From assembly GCA_002269645.1 (NCBI GenBank), contig NIVC01000607.1, positions 1-64,000 of the forward strand: 64,000 nucleotides of DNA, written 5' to 3'. Shown in pieces: positions 63,419-64,000 of this stretch. Made by a program: the position numbers and the translations under genes. Source of the stretch: Macrostomum lignano. Lineage: Eukaryota. The notes under the pieces are model-generated. The model was not told the origin of the DNA and searched no databases. It worked only from the letters and a program-made list of their open reading frames with translations. Position 1 is the stretch's first letter. Every line of letters begins with the position of its first letter.

Positions 63419-64000
63419 TCAGTTGAATGGCGACACGCACTCGCACAGCCCCGATGTTATCTCGGCATTGGCCTCATAGATATCAACCAGCATTTTCGCC
63501 CCTAGATAGCGGGCCACAACATTCTCCTTGTCACCTGAATCAGTGGGCTCTCCTTCCGCCCACAGGCTGCCGTTTAGGGTGATGTTGCAGCCGACCCAGT
63601 GCCAGCCTCCGTCGGGCTCAGCGCTCCCAGCAGGCTGCAAACCTCCGAGATAGAAGCCCTTTCCTGAGCTGCGCAAATCGTAAATCTCGTCCACGTGGCT
63701 CATCTCGGTGGCGTCTTCCACGTCGGCCATGATCACCAGACCGCTCTCCGACTCGCACTTCTGTCTGCTCACCGACCAGTTTCCGGTGTTGTTGTACAGC
63801 TTGTACTTCACTCCGCACAGGTCGTCTCCGTAGCCAGACGGACACAGCGCGCCCGCCTCGAGTCCTGGCTGCTGCTTCACAAACACCCGGCCTCTCCTGG
63901 AGCAGCCGAAGTCCCTCACCGACTTGCTGCACTTGTCGAACACGAACAGCTGGCACGGACCGTCAGCCAGGCTGAACGCCTGACAGCGCGGGTTTCGGTT
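63419..64000 (-). CDS. PAN/apple-like plus C-type lectin domain protein, 5' end beyond the window
   Basis: The frame is open to the window edge: ...RCQAFSLADGPCQLF (PAN-like), then CPSGY, YKLY...W..SRQKC, FYLGG, WHWV, LWAEGEP, EN, LVD, LCE. Stop at 63419. Confidence 0.8.
   Translation of the reverse strand, partial: NRNPRCQAFSLADGPCQLFVFDKCSKSVRDFGCSRRGRVFVKQQPGLEAGALCPSGYGDDLCGVKYKLYNNTGNWSVSRQKCESESGLVIMADVEDATEMSHVDEIYDLRSSGKGFYLGGLQPAGSAEPDGGWHWVGCNITLNGSLWAEGEPTDSGDKENVVARYLGAKMLVDIYEANAEITSGLCECVSPFN

Overview
Eukaryotic (animal) genomic DNA with GC-rich exons. About 27 kb (40-45%, summed by hand) is tandem mini/microsatellite spread over about 33 arrays. The style suggests a flatworm such as Macrostomum (inference, not verified). 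Hand-built gene models: a frameshifted intronless class A GPCR (-), two identical tRNA-Trp(CCA) genes, a 5-exon JNK kinase (-), an unidentified spliced gene (-), a 5-exon DEG/ENaC channel (-), a 3-exon C2orf50-like ciliary gene (+), a 10-exon divergent PP2A scaffold-like HEAT gene (-) and a partial PAN/C-type lectin gene (-). Mobile elements: a TTAA-flanked MITE, a 5'-truncated LINE with a 12-bp TSD, a decayed Ngaro/DIRS retrotransposon and tRNA-derived SINE heads. Main observations: (1) every modelled intron over about 250 bp holds a tandem array, while introns of about 100 bp or less hold none; (2) the 5' flanks of JNK and the PP2A-like gene are nearly CpG-free and contain all 17 TAGGCCTA palindromes I found; (3) one satellite lies in opposite orientations in two PP2A-like introns, predicting dsRNA or circRNA; (4) an intronic array reproduces the U1 snRNA 5' end. 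All coordinates and counts were made by eye.
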